Below are positions 1-13,770 of a stretch of 64,000 nt of DNA, in pieces. The notes below the pieces were generated by a model. The model searched no databases. It worked only from the letters and a program-made list of their open reading frames with translations, and was not told where the DNA came from. The position numbers and the translations under genes were made by a program. Each line of letters begins with the position of its first letter. The stretch's first letter is position 1. Source of the DNA: the human T2T-CHM13v2.0 reference genome, Homo sapiens; assembly GCF_009914755.1 (NCBI RefSeq), contig NC_060933.1; one strand, 5' to 3'.

Positions 1-289
1 AACCAATACAAAGCAAACATCTGGGACCCATCTTAATTAGAACCTCTTTCTCTCTCTCTCTGTAAGAGAGATTTTTTAAAAAACACTTTATAAAAGAGAA
101 GCAATGCCCCATTCATATTAATTAAATGCCAACTTTTGTTTAATTTTGTGAAACACAGAACTGCTATGTTTATTTTAGAAAAGCTGCATGACATAATTTA
201 AATGCAAAGCAAAACTCATAAAACTTTAAATATAAATCCTTTTCAATTAGAAAGATCTTGAGAGACAGATGGCTACAAAACTATGCTAA

Positions 290-700
290 ACCTACGCTAA
301 AAGCCACTGAATTATATACTTTAAAATGGTTAAAATGGGCTGGGCACGGTGGCTCATGCCTGTAACCCCAGCACTTAGGGACACTGAGCTGGGTGGATCA
401 CTTGAGGCCAGGAGTTTGAGACCAGCCTGGCCAACATGGCAAAACCGCAGCTCTACTAAAAAATACAAAAAAGCACAATTAGCCGGGCGTGGTGGTGGGC
501 GCCCGTAATCCCAGCTACTTGGAGGCTGAGGCAGAAGAATCACTTGAACCCAGGAGATGAGGTTGCAGTGAGCCGAGATCGCGTCACTACACTCCAGCCT
601 GGGCAACAGAGAGAGATTCCAACTCAAGAAAAAAGAAAAGAAAAGAAAAGGTTAAAAATATTAATTTTTATGCTATGTGAATTTTACTTCAATAAAGAAA
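290..700 (+). mobile_element. Old L1 (L1M-type) 3' end fragment, interrupted by an Alu
   Basis: gccactgaattatatactttaaaatggttaaaat...attttatgctatgtgaattttacttcaataaa resembles the recalled L1M 3' terminus; the halves flank the Alu at 338-650. Confidence 0.7.
338..650 (+). mobile_element. Alu (AluS-like), full length
   Basis: ggctgggcacggtggctca start, A-rich linker, A/GAAAA tail; approximate TSD ggttaaaa on both sides. Confidence 0.95.
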
Positions 701-1119
701 CCAGACCTTGTAAAACAAGACAAAAATACTTGTGGGTGTCAGTCTGTTTTTGTGTGTTTGTTTTAGTAAAGCTAATAAGGCTACTGTACCAAACAAATCC
801 CTCCACTCTCGGGAATTACACAAATAGAGCACCAACTTTCTTAATGGACACATCTTTTTCAACAATGACTTCATGTGATGTCCCCTCATACACGCCAAAG
901 AATAAGTCAGTATTTCAAAAGGAACACAACATTGTAACTACTTTCTGTAAAACACATGACTAGATTGTGACCTCTATCTAATTCACCAACAATAAATTAG
1001 TAGAGAATGAAAAGAGGAAATTATCCTAAAGATTTCATGTTTTCAAGTATATATTTCTACTTATTTGCATATTTCATATATTATCTGCAAAGTTAAGTTT
1101 AAAAATACTGGCAACGCTT

Positions 1120-1330
1120 CTTACGCACTTACTATCAAGCAGTGTTCTAAACACTCTGAATGGACAAACTCAGCTTATCCTGACTTTTCCCTCTTAGGAG
1201 GGTATCACGCTATCATTATCTCAATTTTACAGGTAAAAACAACAACAAAGCACAGACATTAACCACCTTTGCCAAGGCAGAGCCAGGACTTCCGATCAAC
1301 TTCACTACCTACTCTCTAAACCACTATGCT
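1120..1330 (-). mobile_element. MIR fragment
   Basis: attatctcaattttacagg...gccaagg...cagagccagga is a degenerate reverse MIR core. Confidence 0.6.
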
Positions 1331-1606
1331 TTACCACCTCTAAGCTTCAACATTTTTCTTTAAGTCCCATGACTACTGTTAAGTAACAAGTGCTACATAA
1401 AACTGTTTTCCACATTTAAGATGGACTGAATGGAAGCTTTTCTTATTGCCAAAGAAAGAACTCAAAGTGACAACTTCAGAAAATATGAAATGGAAGTTTA
1501 TTACAGCACAACAGAGACCAGAGCCATGAAAACAAGCATTCTTAGAGTTCAGAGTCTGTGATATAATTAGTGATAACTAATAAAGAGTCCAACCTTTCAA
1601 GAATTC

Positions 1607-1865
1607 TTTTTTTTTTTTTTTTTTTTTTGAGACATGGTCCCGTTCTGTCACCCAGGCTGGAGCATAGTGGCACAACCACGGTTCACTGTAACCTTAACCC
1701 TCCCAGGCTCAGGTGATCCTCCCACCTCAGCCTCCCAAGTAGCTGGGACTACAGGTGCACACCACCATGCCTGGCTAACCTTTTCAAACCCCTGGCCTCA
1801 AGTGACCCACTCACCTTGGCCTCCCAAAGTGCTGGGATTACAGGCGTGACCCATGGCGCCCAGTC
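1607..1865 (-). mobile_element. AluJ-like element with internal deletion
   Basis: poly-T, right arm, then a jump into the left arm with no linker; TSD caagaa(t)ctttt. Confidence 0.9.
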
Positions 1866-2190
1866 AAGAACTTTTTTTAAACAAGCCATTTAGAGTGCCT
1901 GCTGCTAGAACAGAAAATAAGGGCTTACAATTTCAATTATGAGCAACATTTGAGTCCTAAGTAAGAGAAGTAATTATAGTATTTATAAACCAGCTTACAT
2001 GTATATTTAGAACAATGACTTAATTCAAACATGTATAAAAGACAAAAACTTGAGAGAATAGAAAAAATATTTTTTAAAGGATTAGCTTTAAAAGTTAATA
2101 ATAAAGAAAAAAGTTCACTCTGTCAGAGACTCTGAGGAATGGATTAGAGGGGAGAAATATATAGGCATTCAATTTTATTTATTAATTTAT

Positions 2191-3060
<870 letters not shown>

Positions 3061-4029
3061 GTGGTATCCAGTTTTAAAAAGGGGATTCGTTTTGATAAAA
3101 GTAATGCAAAACCTCAGAGAAAGAAAAAAACAGACAACAAGGAGAGACGGAGAAAATAATTAGGGAATGTAGAAAAAAAGGGGTGGTCTTATGAAGTGGC
3201 ATTTAAAAGAAACACAGGACCAAGTCCACACTTGTAAACTTGGCTGTAACAATTCAAACTCAGTGGTCCTTTAGGCAGGTGGTTAAACTAAACACGTCTA
3301 AAGGAAAGAGTTTTGATAACGGCTACACTTTAGGGTAAGTAAACAATTTTATTATATTCTTACAGAATAAATTTTCAAAGCAAAAAAAGTTTTGGTTTTC
3401 CTACTTTACCAATCTTGTTTAAAATAATACACAGAGAAATTAACAACTCTACTTGAACATAGCATAGTGTGCTAATGTATTTGTATATGCTACACGGATG
3501 CTTTCATTTTCAGATGAGGTTCATTTTAAGTCTTTTTGAAATCTAAGGTGATGTTTTCCTACCCTGTCTAGGCAGTTAAGACTTCCAGATGGAAGGCCCC
3601 TTAATACTGTAGTTCCAACTCTAGTGACCTAACTTATAGATTAACAAAATTGATCTCTTTTTTAAAAACACAAAACAGGCAAAATAAATTTGACTCTCCT
3701 GAAACATTAATGTGTGAACACAGTTTTTAAAGAGTAAGACAGGGTTCCCAGGATCCCCAATTTACTCTTATGACCAATATGGAGTTCCAGGTATCCAAAA
3801 ACCCCCATGGTACAAGCATCAGTCACACTGCCAGAAGGGACCACAAAGCACTGTTTAAATAAAGCCTTCAAGAAATTTGAGACATCAAATTTACGTCAGG
3901 GGAGGGCAGGCTCAAAAAGAGTAGAAAGCTTGTGATTAACTAAATCTACCCTTATCCTCTACTTTCCATGAGCAGAAAAAGATTCCTTAGGGGTACTTCC
4001 TACTTCCTATTTTTAAGTTATTTATTTTC

Positions 4030-4290
4030 CCTGAGACCCCAATTCCTCACTTGTAACAACTGAATGGTACTACTTTTCACACAGCAATTTTGTACACATT
4101 AGAAATATTTTGCTTAAAAAGCTAAGCACAGTGATAGACACAGAGTAAATGGTAAATAAAAACGTTTCTTCCCCCTCCCTCTGTCTCTGTACAGGGGAGC
4201 TTCTTTTTTCTTTCTTCCCCCTTCTTTCTTGTCTATTAAACTCCCTGCTCCTTAAAACTAAAAGAAAAAAAAAGTTTATTATGATTATTA
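4030..4290 (+). mobile_element. MIR 3' part interrupted by a polyadenylated LTR-like fragment (4168-4273)
   Basis: aattcctcacttgtaac...gctaagcacagtg...gtaaatggtaaataaa then attatgattatta after the insert. Confidence 0.6.
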
Positions 4291-4307
4291 ATTCTTAGAC
4301 AAAATAA

Positions 4308-4544
<237 letters not shown>

Positions 4545-5034
4545 TAATAGATAAGTTGATGTCATGAAAAGATAACCTGACAGGGAGTCAGTGAGATCTG
4601 AAAAATAGAGGTACTGTTTCCAAAGCCCGGCAGAAGCATGCAAACTTGAAATAGGCAAAAGTCAAACTCCACTTCCTCTTCCATTACATGCATAAGTTTC
4701 AATATGCTCAACATTTCTTCAAAGCTCTAGGTTTCCATATTTTATAATGTTTTTATTATGTACTTAAGGTTCCTAAACATCATACCTTGCCAACCTAAGT
4801 TCAGTCTCCTGTACAGGAAGGGATCTTGGGATTTTTCTGTGTTTCTTTAGCACCTAGAACACAGCCTTGTGAAAGATGCGCAACATGGGCTGTTTGAATG
4901 AAAGGGGATACAGCAGGCTTGGCTAACTCTGATCACTGATTGCCTAGAGAAAAGTGCACCCCAGGGGACCTTTCGGAGCCACTTTTCAAAGGCTCAGAGA
5001 GCTTTTATAACAAAAGTCTCAGACATGAAATCAT

Positions 5035-5260
5035 TACTACAACAAGTATTTTGTGAATGCCTACTCTGTGCTGGGGATTGTATACATAGTATAAAACCCA
5101 CAGTATCCTCAAGAAGCTTGAGCTGCAAGGAAAGTAAATAAGCAATTTCCAATAGAGGGGGGGAAACCATAGGGTGTTATGATATGAAGAGAAGGCGCAC
5201 CAACCTAGTCTTGCTTCATGGAGGTGAACTGAGATAGGAATCTACAGGCCCAAAGGTGAA
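5035..5260 (-). mobile_element. L2 3' fragment
   Basis: aacaagtattttgtgaatgcctactctgtgctgggg...cctcaagaagcttg resembles the reverse L2 3' end. Confidence 0.6.
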
Positions 5261-8200
5261 AGCTTGAGCTGCTCCAGGACAACAAAAATTGGAGCTCAGC
5301 TGGAAAACAAGCTAAATATGAGCATATAGAAATAACTGCTAAAACTGTGTCCAGCCTGCTAAGGAGAAGACCGAACTTCATCCTTGTATCTCCTATGCTT
5401 CCTTATGTTACAGGTAATAAAGGTATGTAGAAGATGGCTACAAACTATTCAGGTACCTGGACAGCAGAATCCCAGGAGTGTGCTTTATGGAATTTATCTA
5501 TGGGACATATTTCTATTCTAGTTCTTAATTTAAACTAATCTCAAGAAAGGTCTTCTCTGCTGGACTTCCAGAAAGATCACTGATCTTTTTCTTTTTGACA
5601 AAACTGTTGCTCTTCCCCCTTGTCTCCAGTAGGTCTTGAATCCCTTACCTGCCCTTCTTACCTTTCCCTTGGTACCCCCTCCTCTCAGGACTCCTGTCTC
5701 TTAGTATCCTCCATTTTGACTGAATTGACAATAGAAGAAACAGGTTTGGCTTTGTTTTGCTCTTATTCTTCTCTGCCATCTTCTGTCTGATAATCACAAG
5801 CTCTTAAGAAGGCAAATCACTTATGTCCCTTAATACCAAATCATTTGTATCTCATCCATATTATGGATAAATATACCATTATTTCCACAAATTCTAAAGG
5901 AAAGGCCCAGCAACATAATATAGATATCACACAATGCAGTGATGAGGGAAGGGAAAAGGGGTGGCAAAAAACTGGGCGCACCATGTAACCACAACCAGAA
6001 GGATAACAGTACAAGGCAATGTACCTAATAACGCAACTGAAGGAGGATTGCTGAATCCGAAGCATTTTAAATTATGCTCATAGAGTGGCATTTGGGAGCC
6101 CCCTTTGCTCATCTAATGGTTTTCATGCCTGCCAGATGCACCACTATAATTAAATTCAGTAAAACTTGAAAGGAACGGCCAGTGAGTAACATCTTTCCTT
6201 AAATACCCCCAGAAGGAATCCGAGGTTCCCAACAATGTATGTATGACAAGAAAGCAGACTACAGATACAAGTTTGAAGGAGTGATAAACTGACAAAATAT
6301 TTAAATTACTATAATTTATCAGGGTTATAAGGGTCTATGAATTGAAACAGAGATAGGTAGTCTCTGATCAGTTGGCCCAACAGAATTTAAACGCAATCAG
6401 TGAAGAAAATACAAAGTAGATCTTAAAAAACTCCTATCTGCTTTTAAAATGTCATCTACCCTGTGGTAACTTAACTCTCATTCTCATACATGGTATTTCA
6501 CCTTTCCTTGCTTCACAGTTGAAGAAAGGCAACACTCAGAAGATCATTAGGTACATGGAGTCTTTCCAGGGGTACAACATCATACACACACTTAAAATAA
6601 TTAGTCATGAGTGCATACCCATTTTCAAGATGACGTGTATATAGCAAATTCTGTTGCTCCCTGGCACTTAAAAGAGTTTTTTAATTTGTCATGATAAAGC
6701 AAGGAGAAAGTAGCTGTCAGTTAGGCTGCCATTGCTGTCATACTTTTTAATAATACAGCTCCTGTAATTACACTGCGGTTCTTTATATTAACTCAGTGAA
6801 AGCTTGCTTGGTTTTAGCATGAAAACAATTTATGAAATTATAGAAACAGACTGAACACAGCAGTTCATTTGTTGAAGCAATTATCCAGATCCTTGTCAAA
6901 AAAAAAGTACAAGCAAGAGAAGACTGTGATGTGCAAAAAATGGTTCTAATTCTATGCTTTAATATGTACAATATGTCTGTGGTTGTGCTGAATTATGTTA
7001 ATAAACTGCAGCCGAAATATATTTGTTACAACACAAAGGAAAGGCGCTATCAATCGTCCTGCCAGATACTTTAAATTAGTCACCAAAGCATCCATCCAGC
7101 CAGAGTTTTTTCTATAACCTGCACATGAAGGGAAGGGCTCCAGGATAGTTTTCTAAAGGACCAGATGGATTTTTCTAGTATTTTGAATTATCTGGAAAAC
7201 AGCTGTAAAGTGAACTGTGGCACAAATGCCATTTTTAAATGACACATAAAAATCCAACCCTGGACATCAATCTTATGTTATTTTTTGACTGGTTATCATA
7301 CAAAAATCCAGGTTCCCAAGCAGCTCCCAAGATAGGAATTTAGAATACTTGTTGCTGAAAAGGTGAGGCTAATAGCACAATCAAGTGATGCCAGAGCTAT
7401 TGTTTAAATGATTGCATAAAGAACAACAACAAAAAAATTCAAGGTAAAAAAAAGGTCTCACTTTACACTCTGATAAAGCAAGACATGCAGTCTGTTAGCA
7501 TTCAGCCATGAAAATAGTAACTTGTAAGACCAGCTTGTAAGGCTATGCCATCCAAGTTTCACTAAATGTGTTTATCAAATTCTCTGGAATAATGATTAAG
7601 CTCAATTTTAAAATATTCTACCTGCAGAGTAAAGGAACAATTCTTGATTTAACAAAATTTTCAAAATTCATATACAAGTAAATTTATCATATAAATGTCT
7701 CCAAACAAAATAAATAACTCGAGGAAGAACAAATATTCCTCCATATAAAAATAACCTAGTCTCTTTCTTCTAACTAGACCACCTAACTTCAATAAAAGCA
7801 CATTACTAAATGTTTCCTTTAAATTATTCTATTAGTTAATTTGTAAGAGGTAGAAGAGAGAACAGAGATCTAACACTAAAATAACTAGAAAACAGAAGCA
7901 AAAAAAAAAAACCTCTAAGCTCAAATTGTGAATTGTGCAACAAAGTGTTATATGCAATAAAATGTGGACGTCTTTCTTTCTCCCCACATCTGGAGATAGT
8001 TTAGTATACCGACTTCCAGAAACCATGCAATCCTCCAGCCTGACTAGCCCCTTTCATTCACAAATAAACAATTAATAGAATGGGCAACTAATTTTCCAAG
8101 TGTTCATATTCATTAGGCTGTTTCCTGAAATTAAGTATCTGCCTCATGATACAATACTGTACACATGAAACAGTCTCACACACCCACCCCTTCCCCAGCC

Positions 8201-8377
8201 ATTTTCTCATACCAAACTTAGAGAACTAGGCATTCATATTTCCATTTTCCATCCTTATATTAGAGTAGAATTTGAAAATTAAATTCCCTTAACTGTACTG
8301 AATAAGAAATACAAAATATTATATGACAAGATCCCCTCACCAATTCTTAGCATGGATTTTTATTCTTGTGGCCCCAT

Positions 8378-8740
8378 CAATTCAATAAATATTTATCAAA
8401 TACCTACTATGTAGAAAACAGAATTCTAAACCCTGACATGTAAACATAAATATGTCCTTGAGGAATTTACAACTGAGTAGGGAGATAAACCTGACCACAA
8501 ATAACTATACTATAAAGTGGAATGTGATCAATGTGACAAGACAGGCATAAACAAAATGCTTTAGGGTTCAGGGGAGACAGACTACTTCTATTGAGGTAAT
8601 GAGAAAAAGCTTAGTGAAGGAAGTGGTTTGGAAGATGGATAGGCTTTCAAGAGGCACTGGACTCAAAGGTCCTCAAGGTCAGAGACCATGTCTTGTTTTA
8701 CTTGGCACCCACACATATCTCCTAGCTCAGTGCTGGACCA
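8378..8740 (-). mobile_element. L2 fragments
   Basis: ttcaataaatatttatcaaatacctactatgt...ccttgaggaatttacaactgagtagggag is reverse L2; 8665-8740 looks like a forward L2 piece. Confidence 0.6.
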
Positions 8741-10434
8741 TCATCACTTATGACAAACCTATTTAAGTGATTTCACCAAGCCAAGATGGGGAAAGAAGAT
8801 CACCCAAGAAGATGGACAAGTACTGCCAATGGTACGGAGGTAAAGCAGCATGGGGCTTGTTCAAAGAACATATGAGTTATAGCAAGGAGAATACCTAGGA
8901 CCATAAGGTTAGAAAGGTAGTCTGAAAAATCAATTGGATCAAAATAAAAGATAGCAGTGAGTTTTATTTTAAATTTGTGAACCATGGGGAACACTGACAA
9001 TTTCCAAGCATATGACTAATTATTAGAGCCTGCATGCCTATTGTGCCAGTTTGAATATGCAAATACCCAGTGTACTTTTCCAATTTTAAAATGCAGATCA
9101 CACAAGGGAAGGAAAACGTACTGTGTTAAAGAAATAACAAGAAATATGCAAAACTTCTAGGAAAAAAATCCATTTTGTGCTTGCAACCCAGAAAAATGTT
9201 GCTTTAATAAATTTTAAATGTAAAAGACAAAGCCAAAAGGAAAGGTGGCCCCAAATGCCACATGTTATTGAAAATCACTGGGGACAGCAGGTTATGGAGT
9301 ATTCCCCATTACTGCTGTGCAGGCTTCTCAGAATAGGTATTTATAACAAACGCCAACACCTGTACCTTTTCTGAAAAGGAGATCAGCTACTACCTTCATT
9401 TTTCAATTACTGAGATTGTGCGCAAGAAGATCCCCCTGCTACTTTTCCTGAGTGACAACAGGTAAATGTAAGGAGGAGCCTCTTAGACCTCTTACCATAA
9501 TTTGGGTGCCCCTGCATCCTTGAATCCAACCACCAATTCAGCTTTAAGTGAGAAATCCTGGGTAACCAGGACAGCAGACTATGACAATTCCCTGGGATTT
9601 CCCAGAAGAAATAGTGACAAGCACAGCTGTCACTGGGCATGTCATGGAAGACTGCAAAATTTTCTGAGTTGTCTCTGATTCCAGACAGGCAGTGTATTTT
9701 CAATTAATTGCCTCGATGACATCATGAGACAACTCGATTACAAAAGAAAGGTAACAGTCACAAGAGGGAGATGAGCAGTACCATATGGATAACAGCCACG
9801 AAAGAAAGGAATGAAAATAAGTTGTTTTCTGGTTTGTGTGTCCTTGGAGCCAAACCTAATGAAACAAGGCTCAAAACCAAATTACAGCATGTCCTATACA
9901 TTAACGCTTGGGAATGAAATTAACCAGAAATTAACGCTTGGGATTGAAACCCAAAAATGTTAAATTTCACTGTCACAAGCCTGAAGAAAAAATACAAAAG
10001 CAACAGATGTAGGGGTACACCCTGAGATCAATGGAAGAACTTCTAGTAGAAATAGTTGGCCATTGGCCAAAACTTAGAAATCTTTCTATAACATTACTGT
10101 CATAAAGACCTTATTAGCAAGGATGGGGTCTTACTCATCACAGCCTCCGAAATCCAAGACAGTACCTAGCACAGAGTTAGCAATCAACACATGTATGCTT
10201 CAAAAGAGAAACAGATTCAGTTTACTGTGATTGCTTTTGTTTTAAAAGCCAACAAAACCACTTGGAAAAACCTTTTCTTGAAAAAAAAAAAAAATCCAAA
10301 AAACTCCATCTAATCCATGTAAATGCCTTCACTATCATGGTAAAATGCACCTCTTCTCTAAATAAAAAGAAAGCAAGGTTAGAGTTTCCAGGTACTATTT
10401 AAAAGAAAGGTTTCTGGGGTATTGTTCCCTTTTA

Positions 10435-10935
<501 letters not shown>

Positions 10936-11039
10936 TTATTATTGCCATAATTAACGAATGGTGGGCAGCTCATAGGTAATTTAGCAGGTAAGTTTACAAT
11001 TCTGCCCCACATCTTCCTAGATGTCATAATTTTAGAGTC

Positions 11040-11790
11040 AGCATTTCTTAAGCTCTTGATATGTGCCAGGCATTAGGCTAAATATTTTTACATTAATGTT
11101 GATGGAGCTCAGGACATGCTACCCCAAAATATGGCACCTTGACATACTGAATATTTAAGATTAAGAGTTTTGAGAGATGATATATGCAAGGACTCTCTGA
11201 CATTTCCCCATCCTTTTCCCCAGAAGCAGGCCATAAGATCGTCATGTGAGAGGTGCCCTTCCCAAAACCCAGAGGAAAAAAGCAACTGTATATCTGAAAA
11301 TGGAAGGACATCAAAAGGAATCTAAATAAGAAGGCCTTGCTACGTTTCCTTCGGTTTACTACTCTTAGCACATACTCTTTTTTGTCTTATCACATTTTTC
11401 CAGGACTGTCCATTCTTCATCGAACCTATAAAAACATTCAGCTTTAATTGTTTCCTCAAGTCTTCATTTCCTTATGAAGGAAATGTGTCACATAAAATTT
11501 ATATTAAATAAATTTGTATGCTTTTCTTTGTTAATTTGTCTTTTGTTACAGAGTTAGCAGCCAAGAACTTAGACGAGTGGAAGGAAAATAAATTTTTCTT
11601 CCTCTATAATGTAAATACTTCACATGCATGAATTAATTTAATTTTCATGACAATTGAGCATGATTGGTACTATTATATCGCCATTTTACAGATAAGGAGA
11701 CTAAGGGTCAAGGAGATTAAGGAACTTGACTAAGGCCTCATAGCTGGTCAATGGAAAAAGTGGAATTCAAAACCAAGTCTGAGAGCTCAA
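11040..11790 (-). mobile_element. MIR split by an LTR
   Basis: atgtgccaggcattaggctaa before the LTR and ccattttacagataaggagactaaggg...cttgactaagg after it. Confidence 0.7.
11100..11608 (+). mobile_element. ERV1-class solo LTR (MER31/MER34-like)
   Basis: tgatggagctcaggacatgctaccccaaaatatggcacctt start; TATA-like ctataaaa; aataaa; 4-bp TSD atgt. Confidence 0.8.
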
Positions 11791-11848
11791 TGGTCACATT
11801 TGTTCAATTCCATTACATCAAGATAACTCCAATTAAGCTGAGAAATCA

Positions 11849-12508
<660 letters not shown>

Positions 12509-12513
12509 AATGA

Positions 12514-12647
12514 ATGAAAGAAAGGAAGAAAGGGGGAAAGGAAGGAGGGCAGGAAGACAGGGATGGGAGGGGAGGGGAGGAAGGAGGGAAGGAAGGAAGG
12601 AAGGAAGGAAGGAAGGAAGGAAGGAAGGAAGGAAGGAAGGAAGGAAG
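12514..12647 (+). repeat. Polypurine tract with (GGAA)15 microsatellite
   Basis: 15 uninterrupted GGAA units at 12587-12646, preceded by GGA/GGG-rich sequence. Confidence 0.98.
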
Positions 12648-13539
12648 TTCTACTGACACGTGGGAATTTCGTAGGTGGCTCTCTATAGCATTTCATAGTA
12701 TGTTCTTTCCTCTTGTTTTGAACCATTCTGTCCTAGTTGCCACCACTTGTGCAAGTATTATTACATCTTTGAGGAATCTTTAAAAAAAATAGTTGCCACA
12801 GATAATATGAAACCCAGTTTTGTGAATTACAACAGGTAATTTGTGAAAGGCTTAAATCACAGTGTTGGCAATCTGGAGTAACTATTCAGACAACCATATA
12901 ATGCATTTGAGAACACAGAAATTGATATGGGGTCATGATCATCATCGATAAACGTAAATTTCAGTTTACTGTCAAGTCCACTTTAACCGTGGCCCTGCAA
13001 TCAAAATGAGGTACTTCTTATAGAACAAACAAACAAACAAAAAAACCTACTTTTGAACTAAACTTGATTATCAGATATATCTTCTTAGCCACATGTAAAT
13101 TGAAAATTAATCACTTTGGTTACGAAAAAATACAATTGAAAACATCATTCTATGACAAATTATACCTGATAAAGAATGTATCACCCAAAGAAAACAAAGC
13201 GGAATATGAAAAGAATTATGAAAATGGCCCTATTTTTAGTTCAAAGTAGAGTTTCCTCAGCTACACTGTCACCCAAGAGAATCCCCACAAAGCCCTGTAG
13301 AGCCAGCTCCTCCAAATTTTACGTACAGATGGAGGAAAAAAAAAAAAAAAACCAAGATTATCTATAGGAGCTTCTATACAAGGCACATATAAGTATGGTT
13401 TTTGTGGCAGGCACAAAGTTTAGTAAAACCTTGGGGCCTTAATGAAGGGTCAGGTTCCAGGGGTTAGGTTTCACTAATGGTTTTCTGAAGCATCAGCAGC
13501 TCTCAGCACCCAGTTTTATTTTACTACATAAACATGTAT

Positions 13540-13770
13540 GCAGCATTTATTATGTTTCAGGCACTGTTCTAGGCACCATACATTCATTAAATCCTCACAA
13601 TTAACTTCAGCTATGCAGGAAGTAGGTATTATCCCATTTCACTGATGATGAACTTGGGTGCCCAGACACTTCAGAAACCTGTCCAGTATCACAGAGACAG
13701 TACAAGTGGTGGAAACAGGATTCAAACCTAAGCAGCCTGGCTCCACAGTCCATGTTCTCTGCCACTGTGA
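13540..13770 (-). mobile_element. MIR
   Basis: ggcactgttctaggcac...aatcctcacaat...attatccccatttcactgatgatgaact...ggattcaaacctaagcagcctggctcc. Confidence 0.85.

Noticed and set aside
292-963. ORFs of 111, 60 and 139 aa
   Set aside because: They are Alu/L1 read-through with typical Alu-frame peptides
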